Under the pieces are notes generated by a model. The model had not been told where the DNA came from, made no database searches, and saw only the letters and a program-made list of their open reading frames with translations. Position numbers and translations under genes: made by a program. Of a stretch of DNA of 64,000 bases, positions 53,982-62,763 are shown piece after piece (the first letter of the stretch is position 1; every line of letters starts with the position of its first letter). Origin of the DNA: Flavobacteriales bacterium. GTDB lineage: Bacteria; Bacteroidota; Bacteroidia; Flavobacteriales_D; Crocinitomicaceae. Location of the stretch: NCBI GenBank assembly GCA_947500755.1, contig CANMTO010000008.1:1380-65379 (forward strand), in the 5' to 3' direction.

Positions 53982-56633
53982 GTGAAAACGCTTTTAGTTT
54001 TTTTCGGTTTTTGTATCACTCTTCAAGTTTGGGGGCAAAATTTCATTTATAACGGTCATTTCGAGTTCGGAGGGCTTGGTACGGGATTTAGTGTGAACGG
54101 ACAAGGCTACACGAACCTCATTCCTCCATACTTAGGCACCACTCAACCCGGTGATTTTGCCATTACAAATAACCCGCAACCTTTGAATAACGGATATTTC
54201 CTTCCGTTTTCGGACCACACTTCGGGTCAAGGAAATATGTTGGTAGTAGACGGGGGAAGTATTGGTGGAAATCAACCTTTCTGGCAAGCGGGGAGCAACG
54301 GAGGCGGTGTTTGTGGCTTAACGCCAGGGAATCCATATGTGTTTAGTTTTTGGTTGCGTTCAGCATCAAGTGCTGTAACAGGCCTAGCTACGCAAGCAGA
54401 CATTAAAACACTTTTTAATAACGCCAGTAATATTCAAGGACTAACGCCTACCCTAGCTCCTCTTCCTGCGCTTGGTTGGCAAGCCTATGCGGTGGAATTT
54501 GAAGCGACGAATTCTTGCGTAAACATTAGCCTTTATGACGATAATATCAGTGTAATTGGGAACGACTTTGCCATAGATGATCTCGCTGTAATGCCCCTTG
54601 GGGATCCGCTAACGTTAACGGCATCTACCACTCGGCCTTTCTGCAGTGATTCAGTAAGCGGGGGGCTTATCGCATATGCCAAAGGAGGATACCCTCCCTA
54701 TCAATTCACCCTAACTGGAATGATGGGTACGTGGAATAATGCATCGGGTATTTTTACAGGATTACCCAACGGGAGCTACGATGTAACGGTAACGGATGCC
54801 AATAATCAAACCGTAATCCTTCCAAATCAACCTGTTTATCCGAATGATTTCTTACAGGTTAATCCTGAAGATACCCTCGTTTGTGGAAATACTCCATTGG
54901 ATTTAACCGTTACTGGAGGAACCAACACCAATTACCTTTGGATGGCTACTCCGCCAGATCCAAATCTATTGAATCCACTGAATGACACGATAACCGTAAG
55001 TCCGAATCAGTCGACCACTTACCTTGTCTCCACCAATAATTTAAATGAGAATTTGGTTGCCAACGGGAATTTCGAAGCGATGAACACCGGGTTTTACAGC
55101 GATTTATCATTTCTCACCCCAACCAATCCAAATGGGCTACAAACAAGTTATGGGATTACACCCAATGCAAGTTTTTGGGAAGGAACATTTTCGCCCTGTG
55201 TGGATCACACCTTTGGCAATGGCGTAGGAAATATGATGGTGATTGATGGAGCAGTATCCGGAAATCAAACGGTATGGAAGCAAGTAATCTCCGTGGAAAA
55301 AAATACCAATTATTCCTTTTCCTACTATTCGCAATCGGTAGAAAGTAACAACCCGGCAATACTAAAAGCCAGCATAAATGGAATTTTCCTTAGTGTTGAC
55401 ACCTTAACGAATACCACCTGTTCATGGCAACAACAAAGCGCCACCTGGAATTCTGGCACTGATAGTATAGCAATCTTATTGATAGAAAATTTGAATCAAA
55501 GCGGCCTCGGAAACGACTTCGCTATTGATGATATATCATTCAGTACGTTGCGCTCTTGTAGCGGACAAGTAACCGTTCAAATCATTGGTGGAAACCCTGA
55601 TCTAGGTCTTAATTACCCAACTGATTTGTGTGTCAATTCAGGCGTGAATAATCCAACACTCTCCCCGAACACCCCTAATAATGGCACGTATAGCTCATTT
55701 CCGGGAGGACTCAACCTAGATCCGGTCAGCGGAGCTATAAACACCACTGGCAGCGGTCCTGGTACATATTCCGTGGTGTACAGTGTGTTGGTCTGCTCTG
55801 TATTGGCAAAAGATACCGTAGAAATCACAGTGCATGCCCTACCGAGTCTATTAAGCTTAACCGGTGGCGCATACAATTGTGGGTTGCAAACATTCGATTC
55901 TGTACTCTTGTATCTAAATGCGGTATATCCGGTAACAGTGAGTTGGACCTTAAATGGAACTGCCCTCGTAACGAACGGAGTAACGGATCCTGTATTTTTA
56001 GATACGGAAGCTGGACTCTATGTGCTGCAGACGATTACAGATGGGTATTGTACGGCGAATGTTAATGGAAGTATTTACTTAGATTCGCTATCCATTCCAG
56101 AAACACCCATTATCATCGGTGATACTGCAGTATGTGACAATGAACCCTCCGAGGTGATCTCCTTAAGCAATTCCAATCCGAATGGCGTAATTTCATGGTA
56201 TAGCGATGCTGCACTCACGCAGTACCTCGAAAGTGGAAATTTTTTCTATCCAAGCAATGATAGCTCAGCGACCTATTATGTGGTGCAAACCGTGAACGGG
56301 TGTTCCAGCAATGCAGCGGCTTTTTCAACATCCATTGTTCCGTGTAACCTGGTGGTGCCAAGTGCATTCACTCCTGACGGCGATGGAGATAACGACGTTT
56401 GGGAAATCGTTGGATTAGATGCGAAATTTCCATTGAACCAAGTGAAAATATTTAACCGATGGGGAGAACTGATATACACCAGTATCGACGGAAACTATGC
56501 CTCCGAACCTTGGGATGGAAGCTTTAAAGGCGAAGCACTGCCTGTTGGTAGCTACTATTACATCATTGAAAAGGCTACAGACGGTAGTATTGAGCCCATA
56601 AACGGAACGCTTTCCATATTACGCGCCCCATGA
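53982..56633 (+). CDS. T9SS type B sorting-domain surface protein with two CBM-like jelly-roll modules
   Basis: GTG start, MKTLLVFFGFCITLQVWGQ. NGHFEFGG...NDFAIDDLAV and NGNFEAMNTGF...NDFAIDDISF; SprB-like GGYPPYQF...DANNQ; CTD VVPSAFTPDGDGDNDVWEI...FNRWGELIY...WDGSFKGEALPVGSYYYII. Confidence 0.88.
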   Translation: MKTLLVFFGFCITLQVWGQNFIYNGHFEFGGLGTGFSVNGQGYTNLIPPYLGTTQPGDFAITNNPQPLNNGYFLPFSDHTSGQGNMLVVDGGSIGGNQPFWQAGSNGGGVCGLTPGNPYVFSFWLRSASSAVTGLATQADIKTLFNNASNIQGLTPTLAPLPALGWQAYAVEFEATNSCVNISLYDDNISVIGNDFAIDDLAVMPLGDPLTLTASTTRPFCSDSVSGGLIAYAKGGYPPYQFTLTGMMGTWNNASGIFTGLPNGSYDVTVTDANNQTVILPNQPVYPNDFLQVNPEDTLVCGNTPLDLTVTGGTNTNYLWMATPPDPNLLNPLNDTITVSPNQSTTYLVSTNNLNENLVANGNFEAMNTGFYSDLSFLTPTNPNGLQTSYGITPNASFWEGTFSPCVDHTFGNGVGNMMVIDGAVSGNQTVWKQVISVEKNTNYSFSYYSQSVESNNPAILKASINGIFLSVDTLTNTTCSWQQQSATWNSGTDSIAILLIENLNQSGLGNDFAIDDISFSTLRSCSGQVTVQIIGGNPDLGLNYPTDLCVNSGVNNPTLSPNTPNNGTYSSFPGGLNLDPVSGAINTTGSGPGTYSVVYSVLVCSVLAKDTVEITVHALPSLLSLTGGAYNCGLQTFDSVLLYLNAVYPVTVSWTLNGTALVTNGVTDPVFLDTEAGLYVLQTITDGYCTANVNGSIYLDSLSIPETPIIIGDTAVCDNEPSEVISLSNSNPNGVISWYSDAALTQYLESGNFFYPSNDSSATYYVVQTVNGCSSNAAAFSTSIVPCNLVVPSAFTPDGDGDNDVWEIVGLDAKFPLNQVKIFNRWGELIYTSIDGNYASEPWDGSFKGEALPVGSYYYIIEKATDGSIEPINGTLSILRAP

Positions 56634-57610
56634 GACAGCTATACGTGATACTTTTCTTAGGTTTTAGCTCATTGATGGCGCAACAAATGCCTCAATTTAG
56701 GCAGGTGAATACCAGCCCCTCGCTGTATAATCCTGCAGGTATGGCCATGAATAAGCAGGCAAGCATTTCGTTATTAGCCCGTTGGCAAATGCTTGGATTT
56801 GGAAATGAACCGCGAACGATTGCTTGTTTCGGGCAAGCCATGATAAAGAAAAAAGTTAAAACGGTGTTTAATCCTGGAAGTAGGATTCAATATCCGATTG
56901 AACCCTTGGAAAAGAAAAAAAAGCGTGTTTTTCAACAGTTTGTTGGTGGACAAGCAATTTCAGACAACTACGGCGCCTTTAAATACCTCGAGGCAAATGG
57001 AAATTACGCCTTATGTCTTCCCCTAAATAATCAATGGAAACTAAGTGCTGGAATTCGTATTGGAATAAGAAACAATGTGTTTTCACCGAGTCAAGCCAGC
57101 GTGTTAAATTTATCGAATCCGCAACTCCCTTATGATGGCGGGGATGCCACGTATGACGCCTTTTTATCGTCTGGCCTGCGGTCGATTTCTCTAAGTAGTG
57201 GTTTTGGGATGACCTTGTTTTCTAGAAAAATGTTTTTTGCTGGTGCCCTCCAACACGGAGGATTACTACATTCTCTTGGGGAACAAAGTAGCTTTTTCGA
57301 CCAACAATACCATTGGAACACCCAAATTGGATATACCATGAATATTGCCAATGGATTGGAGTTACAGCCCATCCTTATTCTCAAACAAATGCATCAAGGT
57401 CCTATTTCTGTGGAAATGACGCTGATGACCACGATAAACTATATTTTTTGGGCTGGAATTAATTATCAATACAATGCCTCTGCAGGAATCCTTGCCGGTA
57501 TGGAGGTGTCTGACAACCTAAAAATAGGGTATGCTTTTGATTTTTCAACCAACCGAATTAATCGATTCAGTAATGGCGGACATGAAATTTATTTGAGTTA
57601 TGGGTTTTAA
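56630..57610 (+). CDS. PorP/SprF family type IX secretion system membrane protein
   Basis: AQQMPQFRQVNTSPSLYNPAG signature; ATGA overlap with the cargo gene; 326 aa. Confidence 0.88.
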   Translation: MRQLYVILFLGFSSLMAQQMPQFRQVNTSPSLYNPAGMAMNKQASISLLARWQMLGFGNEPRTIACFGQAMIKKKVKTVFNPGSRIQYPIEPLEKKKKRVFQQFVGGQAISDNYGAFKYLEANGNYALCLPLNNQWKLSAGIRIGIRNNVFSPSQASVLNLSNPQLPYDGGDATYDAFLSSGLRSISLSSGFGMTLFSRKMFFAGALQHGGLLHSLGEQSSFFDQQYHWNTQIGYTMNIANGLELQPILILKQMHQGPISVEMTLMTTINYIFWAGINYQYNASAGILAGMEVSDNLKIGYAFDFSTNRINRFSNGGHEIYLSYGF

Positions 57611-59228
57611 CCAAGTACTACTAACTTCTTGTTTCTTACTTGCACAGTTCGCTTGGGGACAAATTTATGAGTTCACTACCCCAACGCGATTAGGTGCCAC
57701 CATTAATACCTCCGCAGACGAAAGTAATCCGGTGATTTCCAGCAATGGGAACACCCTCTATTTTGTTCGAACCTTTGACCCTAAAAATACAGGGGGAATT
57801 TACGATCAGGACATTTGGTATTGTAAGAAAACCATGGCTGGTTGGGGACCCACATTTTCCTTAAAAGCACTGAATAATAAACTAAATAACGCCGTAATTG
57901 CGGAAACCGTAGAAGAATTGGACTCAACCCGCCAACGCTTGTATTTAATTAGCTCCTATGGCGTGGAACGAGATGTAGAAAAAGGAATAACCATGGCCTC
58001 TCGAAGCATCTTAGACACGCAATGGGTTATTCAAAAGAAATTACCTGTCCCTAGCTTAAATATCGATGGGAAATATGTTTCATACACCCTTTCAAAAGAT
58101 CAGCAAGTTGTAATTATATCGTATGAAGGATCAGACTCAGAGGGTGAAGAAGATTTATATTATTCGTTAAAAGAACCCGATGGTTGGTCCGAACCTGAAC
58201 ATCTTGGAGCTGCGGTGAATACGCCTGGGTTTGAAATCTCACCTTTTTTATCCCGCGCAAACGACACCTTGTATTTTTCATCGAATGGCTTTAAAGGATT
58301 TGGCGATGCAGATATCTTTTACAGTGTTAGAAAAGGAAAATGGAGCAGCTGGTCGAAACCGGTAAACCTCGGCAAAACCATCAATACCCCGTTTTTCGAT
58401 GCTTATTTTTCAATAACACACAACTGTGCATTGTGGTCTAGCAATAGAGAAGGAAAAGATTTAGATCTGTGGACAGCATGGGCAATTGCACCACCGGAAT
58501 TATTGATAACCGTGAATGAAATTAAACATGCCAGTGAATTTCAAGGTGCAGATGGAAAGATTGACATTGACGTTGTTTCTGGTGTGAAACCCTATAAATT
58601 CCTATGGTCAAATGGCATGACCACAGCGGACATTAGTTCGCTTCGAAAAGGGGAATACAAGCTACAAATCACCGATTCCATTGGTCAAAAAATAAGTCGC
58701 GTATTTACCATCGATGAACCCGAAGCTACAGAACAGCGTATGATTCGTTTTCCAAACATCCAATATGAATTCAACAAGTGGACCTTTGTCAATGATTCTT
58801 TAATAAATACAAACGATTCCTTACGTCTCGTGGCCAAACTCCTGGAAGACTATCCAAACCTTATGATTGAACTCATTTCGCATACTGATTCAAGAGGCGA
58901 GGAATCAAGAAATCTAATTTTATCTAAAAACCGCGCTAAAGCTTGTTATATTTCTCTAGTCAATGAATTTAAAATCGACCCAAGGAGAATTATTCCCGTA
59001 GGAAAAGGAGAGGCAGAACCCGCAAGTTGGTATGACCCAGAATTGCAACAATTGGTTTTACTGAGCGAAGAATATATCCAAACTAAGAAAAACAATGAGG
59101 GTCTCTTTGAATACTTGCATCAATTAAATCGAAGAACAGAAGGTAAGGTATTGCGTCTTGATTTTAACCCAAACAATGCTCCTGAAGCCCCAAAGAGCTA
59201 TTTAGAATTTCAAGCAATGCCAAAATAA
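57600..59228 (+). CDS. PD40-repeat / SprB-repeat / OmpA-domain protein
   Basis: PD40-like DESNPVISSNGNTLYFV and GFEISPFLSRANDTLYFSS...DADIFYS; SprB-like GADGKIDIDVVSGVKPYKFLWSNG...DSIGQ; OmpA ELISHTDSRGEESRNLILSKNRAKA. Confidence 0.85.
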   Translation: MGFNQVLLTSCFLLAQFAWGQIYEFTTPTRLGATINTSADESNPVISSNGNTLYFVRTFDPKNTGGIYDQDIWYCKKTMAGWGPTFSLKALNNKLNNAVIAETVEELDSTRQRLYLISSYGVERDVEKGITMASRSILDTQWVIQKKLPVPSLNIDGKYVSYTLSKDQQVVIISYEGSDSEGEEDLYYSLKEPDGWSEPEHLGAAVNTPGFEISPFLSRANDTLYFSSNGFKGFGDADIFYSVRKGKWSSWSKPVNLGKTINTPFFDAYFSITHNCALWSSNREGKDLDLWTAWAIAPPELLITVNEIKHASEFQGADGKIDIDVVSGVKPYKFLWSNGMTTADISSLRKGEYKLQITDSIGQKISRVFTIDEPEATEQRMIRFPNIQYEFNKWTFVNDSLINTNDSLRLVAKLLEDYPNLMIELISHTDSRGEESRNLILSKNRAKACYISLVNEFKIDPRRIIPVGKGEAEPASWYDPELQQLVLLSEEYIQTKKNNEGLFEYLHQLNRRTEGKVLRLDFNPNNAPEAPKSYLEFQAMPK

Positions 59229-59845
59229 TGAACGTACTCTCCCATGTTTTTCATTTAGGTGTTTTATTTTCCGCGTTTGCATTCATTTGGTTTTGGCTAC
59301 AGTTGCTTTTAATGTTCCTTCTTCCTGAAGGAATTCGGATGCAACTTCGATATTTCCTGCAATTGCTTCAATCGTTGTTTCTAGGGGTGCTCGTATTAAA
59401 ATTTGTAGATAAAGAAGAGGGTAGCTTAACGCTTAATGGCATGCTCGTACTTTCTTTAATTACTTATTTCTTATATCTATTAAGGAATCTTCGATCAGAG
59501 CGAAATGCAATGCAGTTTCAACTGTATACGAACCTTTATAAAAAAGTGAAAATGAAAAATGAATGGGAATTGGCCGTAGCGCTAATCTCTATTTCCATAA
59601 CCATCCTCTGGGTGTTTTTCCCTGTTGCATTAGATAGCGTGGTTACTCAGTGGTTTTATGAACAAACGCACGATTTAATTCAGATTCCTATTATTGGATG
59701 GATCTTTAAACTTGCAGGATTCTTCTTTTTGCTTGCTACCCTGATACGTTTTTTAGCAGCCATTACGTGGATGCTTCGGGGTCCGAAATCAAAACTTCCA
59801 GAACGCGACTCTGACGATTTCGACGAATTCGAAGAAATTAAATAG
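59228..59845 (+). CDS. Hypothetical membrane protein of about 5 TM with an acidic C-terminal tail
   Basis: The start overlaps the upstream stop (TAATG). Hydrophobic segments throughout; the tail is PERDSDDFDEFEEIK. Confidence 0.6.
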   Translation: MNVLSHVFHLGVLFSAFAFIWFWLQLLLMFLLPEGIRMQLRYFLQLLQSLFLGVLVLKFVDKEEGSLTLNGMLVLSLITYFLYLLRNLRSERNAMQFQLYTNLYKKVKMKNEWELAVALISISITILWVFFPVALDSVVTQWFYEQTHDLIQIPIIGWIFKLAGFFFLLATLIRFLAAITWMLRGPKSKLPERDSDDFDEFEEIK

Positions 59846-60461
59846 CCGCGTAAAATAATGATCGGCCACTTGCTACGATCATCTGAATGCCAATAGAAAG
59901 CACTAACAACCCCATAATTTTGGACATCGTACGCAAGCCACTTTGCCCCAAGTATTTGAGAATATATGGCGCTGAAGATAAAATCAAATAGATACTCAAA
60001 CAAACCATGAAAATACCTGCAATCACGATTGCTTTTGCATCAAATGCCTCATGTTGTAGGGCTAGATTAATCAGTAAAGATATCGAGCCCGGACCAGCCA
60101 ATAAAGGCATAGCTAAGGGACTGAAGGAAATGTCTTCTTTCATGCGTGATTCGTCTTCAATCGGTCCTTGGACATCACTTTTGTGTTGTGCATTTAGTAA
60201 TTGAAACCCAGACCGAGAGATAATAATTCCCCCTGCAATTTTTAAGGCATGGATGGAAACACCGAAGAAATTCAACACGAATTCCCCAATTAAAAAGGAA
60301 ATCAAACAAACCAAAAACACATACAGCGATGTTCTTCGAATGGTGCGAAACAAATGATCTTTTGGGAACCCATTGGTTAAGGAAATAAACACGGGCATTG
60401 CACTCAACGGATTAATGAGTGAAAACAAGGAAACGAAGGTAGAAACAAGGAGAGCAGTCAT
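59838..60461 (-). CDS. MarC family (UPF0056) membrane protein
   Basis: 207 aa with 6 TM; N-terminal LFSLINPLSAMPVFISL and central ...SPLAMPLLAGPGSIS are typical of MarC. Confidence 0.8.
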   Translation of the reverse strand: MTALLVSTFVSLFSLINPLSAMPVFISLTNGFPKDHLFRTIRRTSLYVFLVCLISFLIGEFVLNFFGVSIHALKIAGGIIISRSGFQLLNAQHKSDVQGPIEDESRMKEDISFSPLAMPLLAGPGSISLLINLALQHEAFDAKAIVIAGIFMVCLSIYLILSSAPYILKYLGQSGLRTMSKIMGLLVLSIGIQMIVASGRSLFYAAI

Positions 60462-60571
60462 AAATTCGCTGCAAAGGTCGATATTCTACATGGATAGCCG
60501 CCTCAAACAAATGTTAAGAAAATGTAATGTTTATTTCTAAGGAGTAATTAAAATAATTTCTATTTTAGTGT

Positions 60572-61318
60572 ATGTATCAATTTATATTTTCTGTTGTCTG
60601 CATATCGATGGCAATGAATTTCCAAGCTCAAAAACAAGAACTTAATTGGGTTGGGAAGTCCAACCGTATAGTAAACCCTGGAGCTGAATCAAATTCATCT
60701 GGAGAACCCCTGCATTGGAAAACAGACTACGCCCGAGGATCAGAATCCAATTGGGTGTCTGAGTATGGCGTAACCTCGCACGAATGGAATCATGGTGCCG
60801 TAAAAGCAGGACTTCCAACCCAGCCTGGAGCAAATTATTTTCGATTAACAGTAGATAAATACAACGAAACACGTAAATTAAATATTTATCAGAGCATTCG
60901 AATAGATGATTTACACGCTACGCTACTCGTAGATACTGTAATGGCTAATTTCAGTTGTTGGATTGGTTCTTCTTACACTACCAAAACGAACTGTTCTTTT
61001 GCAGAGGTAAAAGTGATCTTCAAAGATGGTTCAGGTAATCCATTAGACTCGATTTACATTAAAAAAACTCCCGGTGAATTTAGAGATTTAGATGCCGGGA
61101 CTCCCGAGGCAGAAGAACGTGGGTTCAACGTGATGCATGAAATGAAACAATTTTCCCTATGGCATGAGTTACCAAAAAATAGTAAGGAAGCCCTGGTTTT
61201 TGTCTATTGTGAATATCCCTGCGAAAAGTTTATTGAAGAATCGGAAGAAGAATCTGAGGGAGAACACGCAAATACCTTTTTCTTTGATAACTTCTCTTTG
61301 GGAATCATTAAAAAATGA
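60572..61318 (+). CDS. Secreted hypothetical protein, CBM/galactose-binding-like jelly roll with an acidic insert
   Basis: Signal peptide MYQFIFSVVCISMAMNFQAQ; NPGAESNSSGEPLHWK near the start and FFFDNFSL at the end (pattern of the first and last CBM strands); EESEEESEGE. Confidence 0.55.
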   Translation: MYQFIFSVVCISMAMNFQAQKQELNWVGKSNRIVNPGAESNSSGEPLHWKTDYARGSESNWVSEYGVTSHEWNHGAVKAGLPTQPGANYFRLTVDKYNETRKLNIYQSIRIDDLHATLLVDTVMANFSCWIGSSYTTKTNCSFAEVKVIFKDGSGNPLDSIYIKKTPGEFRDLDAGTPEAEERGFNVMHEMKQFSLWHELPKNSKEALVFVYCEYPCEKFIEESEEESEGEHANTFFFDNFSLGIIKK

Positions 61319-61368
61319 CCCGATCTAATTAATTATTGTACATTTAACAATTACTAAACCTTATTGAT

Positions 61369-62691
61369 ATGCGTATACAGATGTTGGTGCTCTCGTTTTT
61401 TGTAATCCAACTGTGTTCCGCACAACTTGGCCCCATTGATTTTGAACCTGCCGGATTTGGTGCCACCTGGCAATGGACCACCTTCGAAAATGACTTCAAT
61501 CCCCCCTTAGAAATTATAGCTAACCCTGACCCTAGTGGTATAAATACCTCGAACACGGTAGCACGATTTACAGCGAATGTCGCAGGCGCTCCATGGGCAG
61601 GAGTAGAATCAGTGCACGGACAAGGAATCGGAACGTTTAACCTTACCGCAGCAAATTGTGTAATAAAAATAATGGTATACAAACCGGTAATCAGTCCAGT
61701 AGGTATTAAATTTGCTACCCCAGCAGGAGCCTCTACCGGAGAAATTTTGGTGAGCAACACCTTAGTTAATCAATGGGAAGAACTGACTTTTGATTTTAGT
61801 GCTGTAGTTAGTGCACCATCCTCTACCGGCATAGACCAAATTATCGTATTTCCTGATTTTACGCAGCGCAGCGACAACCGAATTTGTTTATTTGATCACA
61901 TTATATTTTCTAACCAAAACGGGGTCAACCCAATCCCTATGGGCCCTGCCCCAACCCCTACCTATCCCCCTGCCAACGTAATTTCGCTGTTTAGTAACCC
62001 GTATCAAAATGTCACCGTGGATACCTGGATGGCCCCTTGGTCAATGGCTCAAGTGAATGATTTGCAAATCGCCGGAAACGACACCAAACGATATGACGCA
62101 TTGAATTATGCAGGCGTTGAATTCCTTGCTAACAATCAATTAGATGTTACGTCTATGACACACTTCCGTGTTGATTTTTGGTCACCCAACCTCGGTACAT
62201 TTAAGGTTAAACTCGTTGACTTTGGTGCTAATGGTCAATATGCTGGCGGTGATGACAGCGAAAGTGAGCTAAGCTACGCCTTGCCAACAGAGGCATGGCA
62301 CACCTTAGAAATCCCCTTGAGTAGCTTCACCTCCCTTGCTGCCTTGGATCACTTATCTCAATTAGTGTTTTCTGGAACACCAAGCGGAGCCGGTACGGTT
62401 TATATTGATAATGTATTGTTTTTCAACAATGAAGGCGCAAGCATCCCCGAAGAACAAACCAATGGAGTGAAGGCCTATCCAAATCCTTGTACAGATAAAA
62501 TCTCAGTTAGTGCGAACGTTTCGTCGATGAATTCAATTCAAGTCTTCGGAATTGATGGCACCATGTTGATGGAAGATTCACCATATACAAATACCTCTTC
62601 AATCGACCTTTCAAAGGTGCCAACTGGCATTTATTTAGTTCGTATTTCTCTAGAAAATAGCACTGAAACCTTGCGCATCATCAAGGAATAA
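61369..62691 (+). CDS. T9SS type A sorting-domain protein with two CBM-like modules
   Basis: Signal peptide; IDFEPAGFGATWQWTTFEN...IANPDPSGINTSNTV and VISLFSNPYQNVTVDTWMAPWS...VKLVDFGANGQYAGGDDSE; CTD KAYPNPCTDKISVS...VPTGIYLVRISL. Confidence 0.8.
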   Translation: MRIQMLVLSFFVIQLCSAQLGPIDFEPAGFGATWQWTTFENDFNPPLEIIANPDPSGINTSNTVARFTANVAGAPWAGVESVHGQGIGTFNLTAANCVIKIMVYKPVISPVGIKFATPAGASTGEILVSNTLVNQWEELTFDFSAVVSAPSSTGIDQIIVFPDFTQRSDNRICLFDHIIFSNQNGVNPIPMGPAPTPTYPPANVISLFSNPYQNVTVDTWMAPWSMAQVNDLQIAGNDTKRYDALNYAGVEFLANNQLDVTSMTHFRVDFWSPNLGTFKVKLVDFGANGQYAGGDDSESELSYALPTEAWHTLEIPLSSFTSLAALDHLSQLVFSGTPSGAGTVYIDNVLFFNNEGASIPEEQTNGVKAYPNPCTDKISVSANVSSMNSIQVFGIDGTMLMEDSPYTNTSSIDLSKVPTGIYLVRISLENSTETLRIIKE

Positions 62692-62763
62692 TTCGTGTTC
62701 TATTGAACCCAAAGCGTTGGTAAAGGTATACCTAAGTGTTTCACCTTATCTTTGCAACGAATT

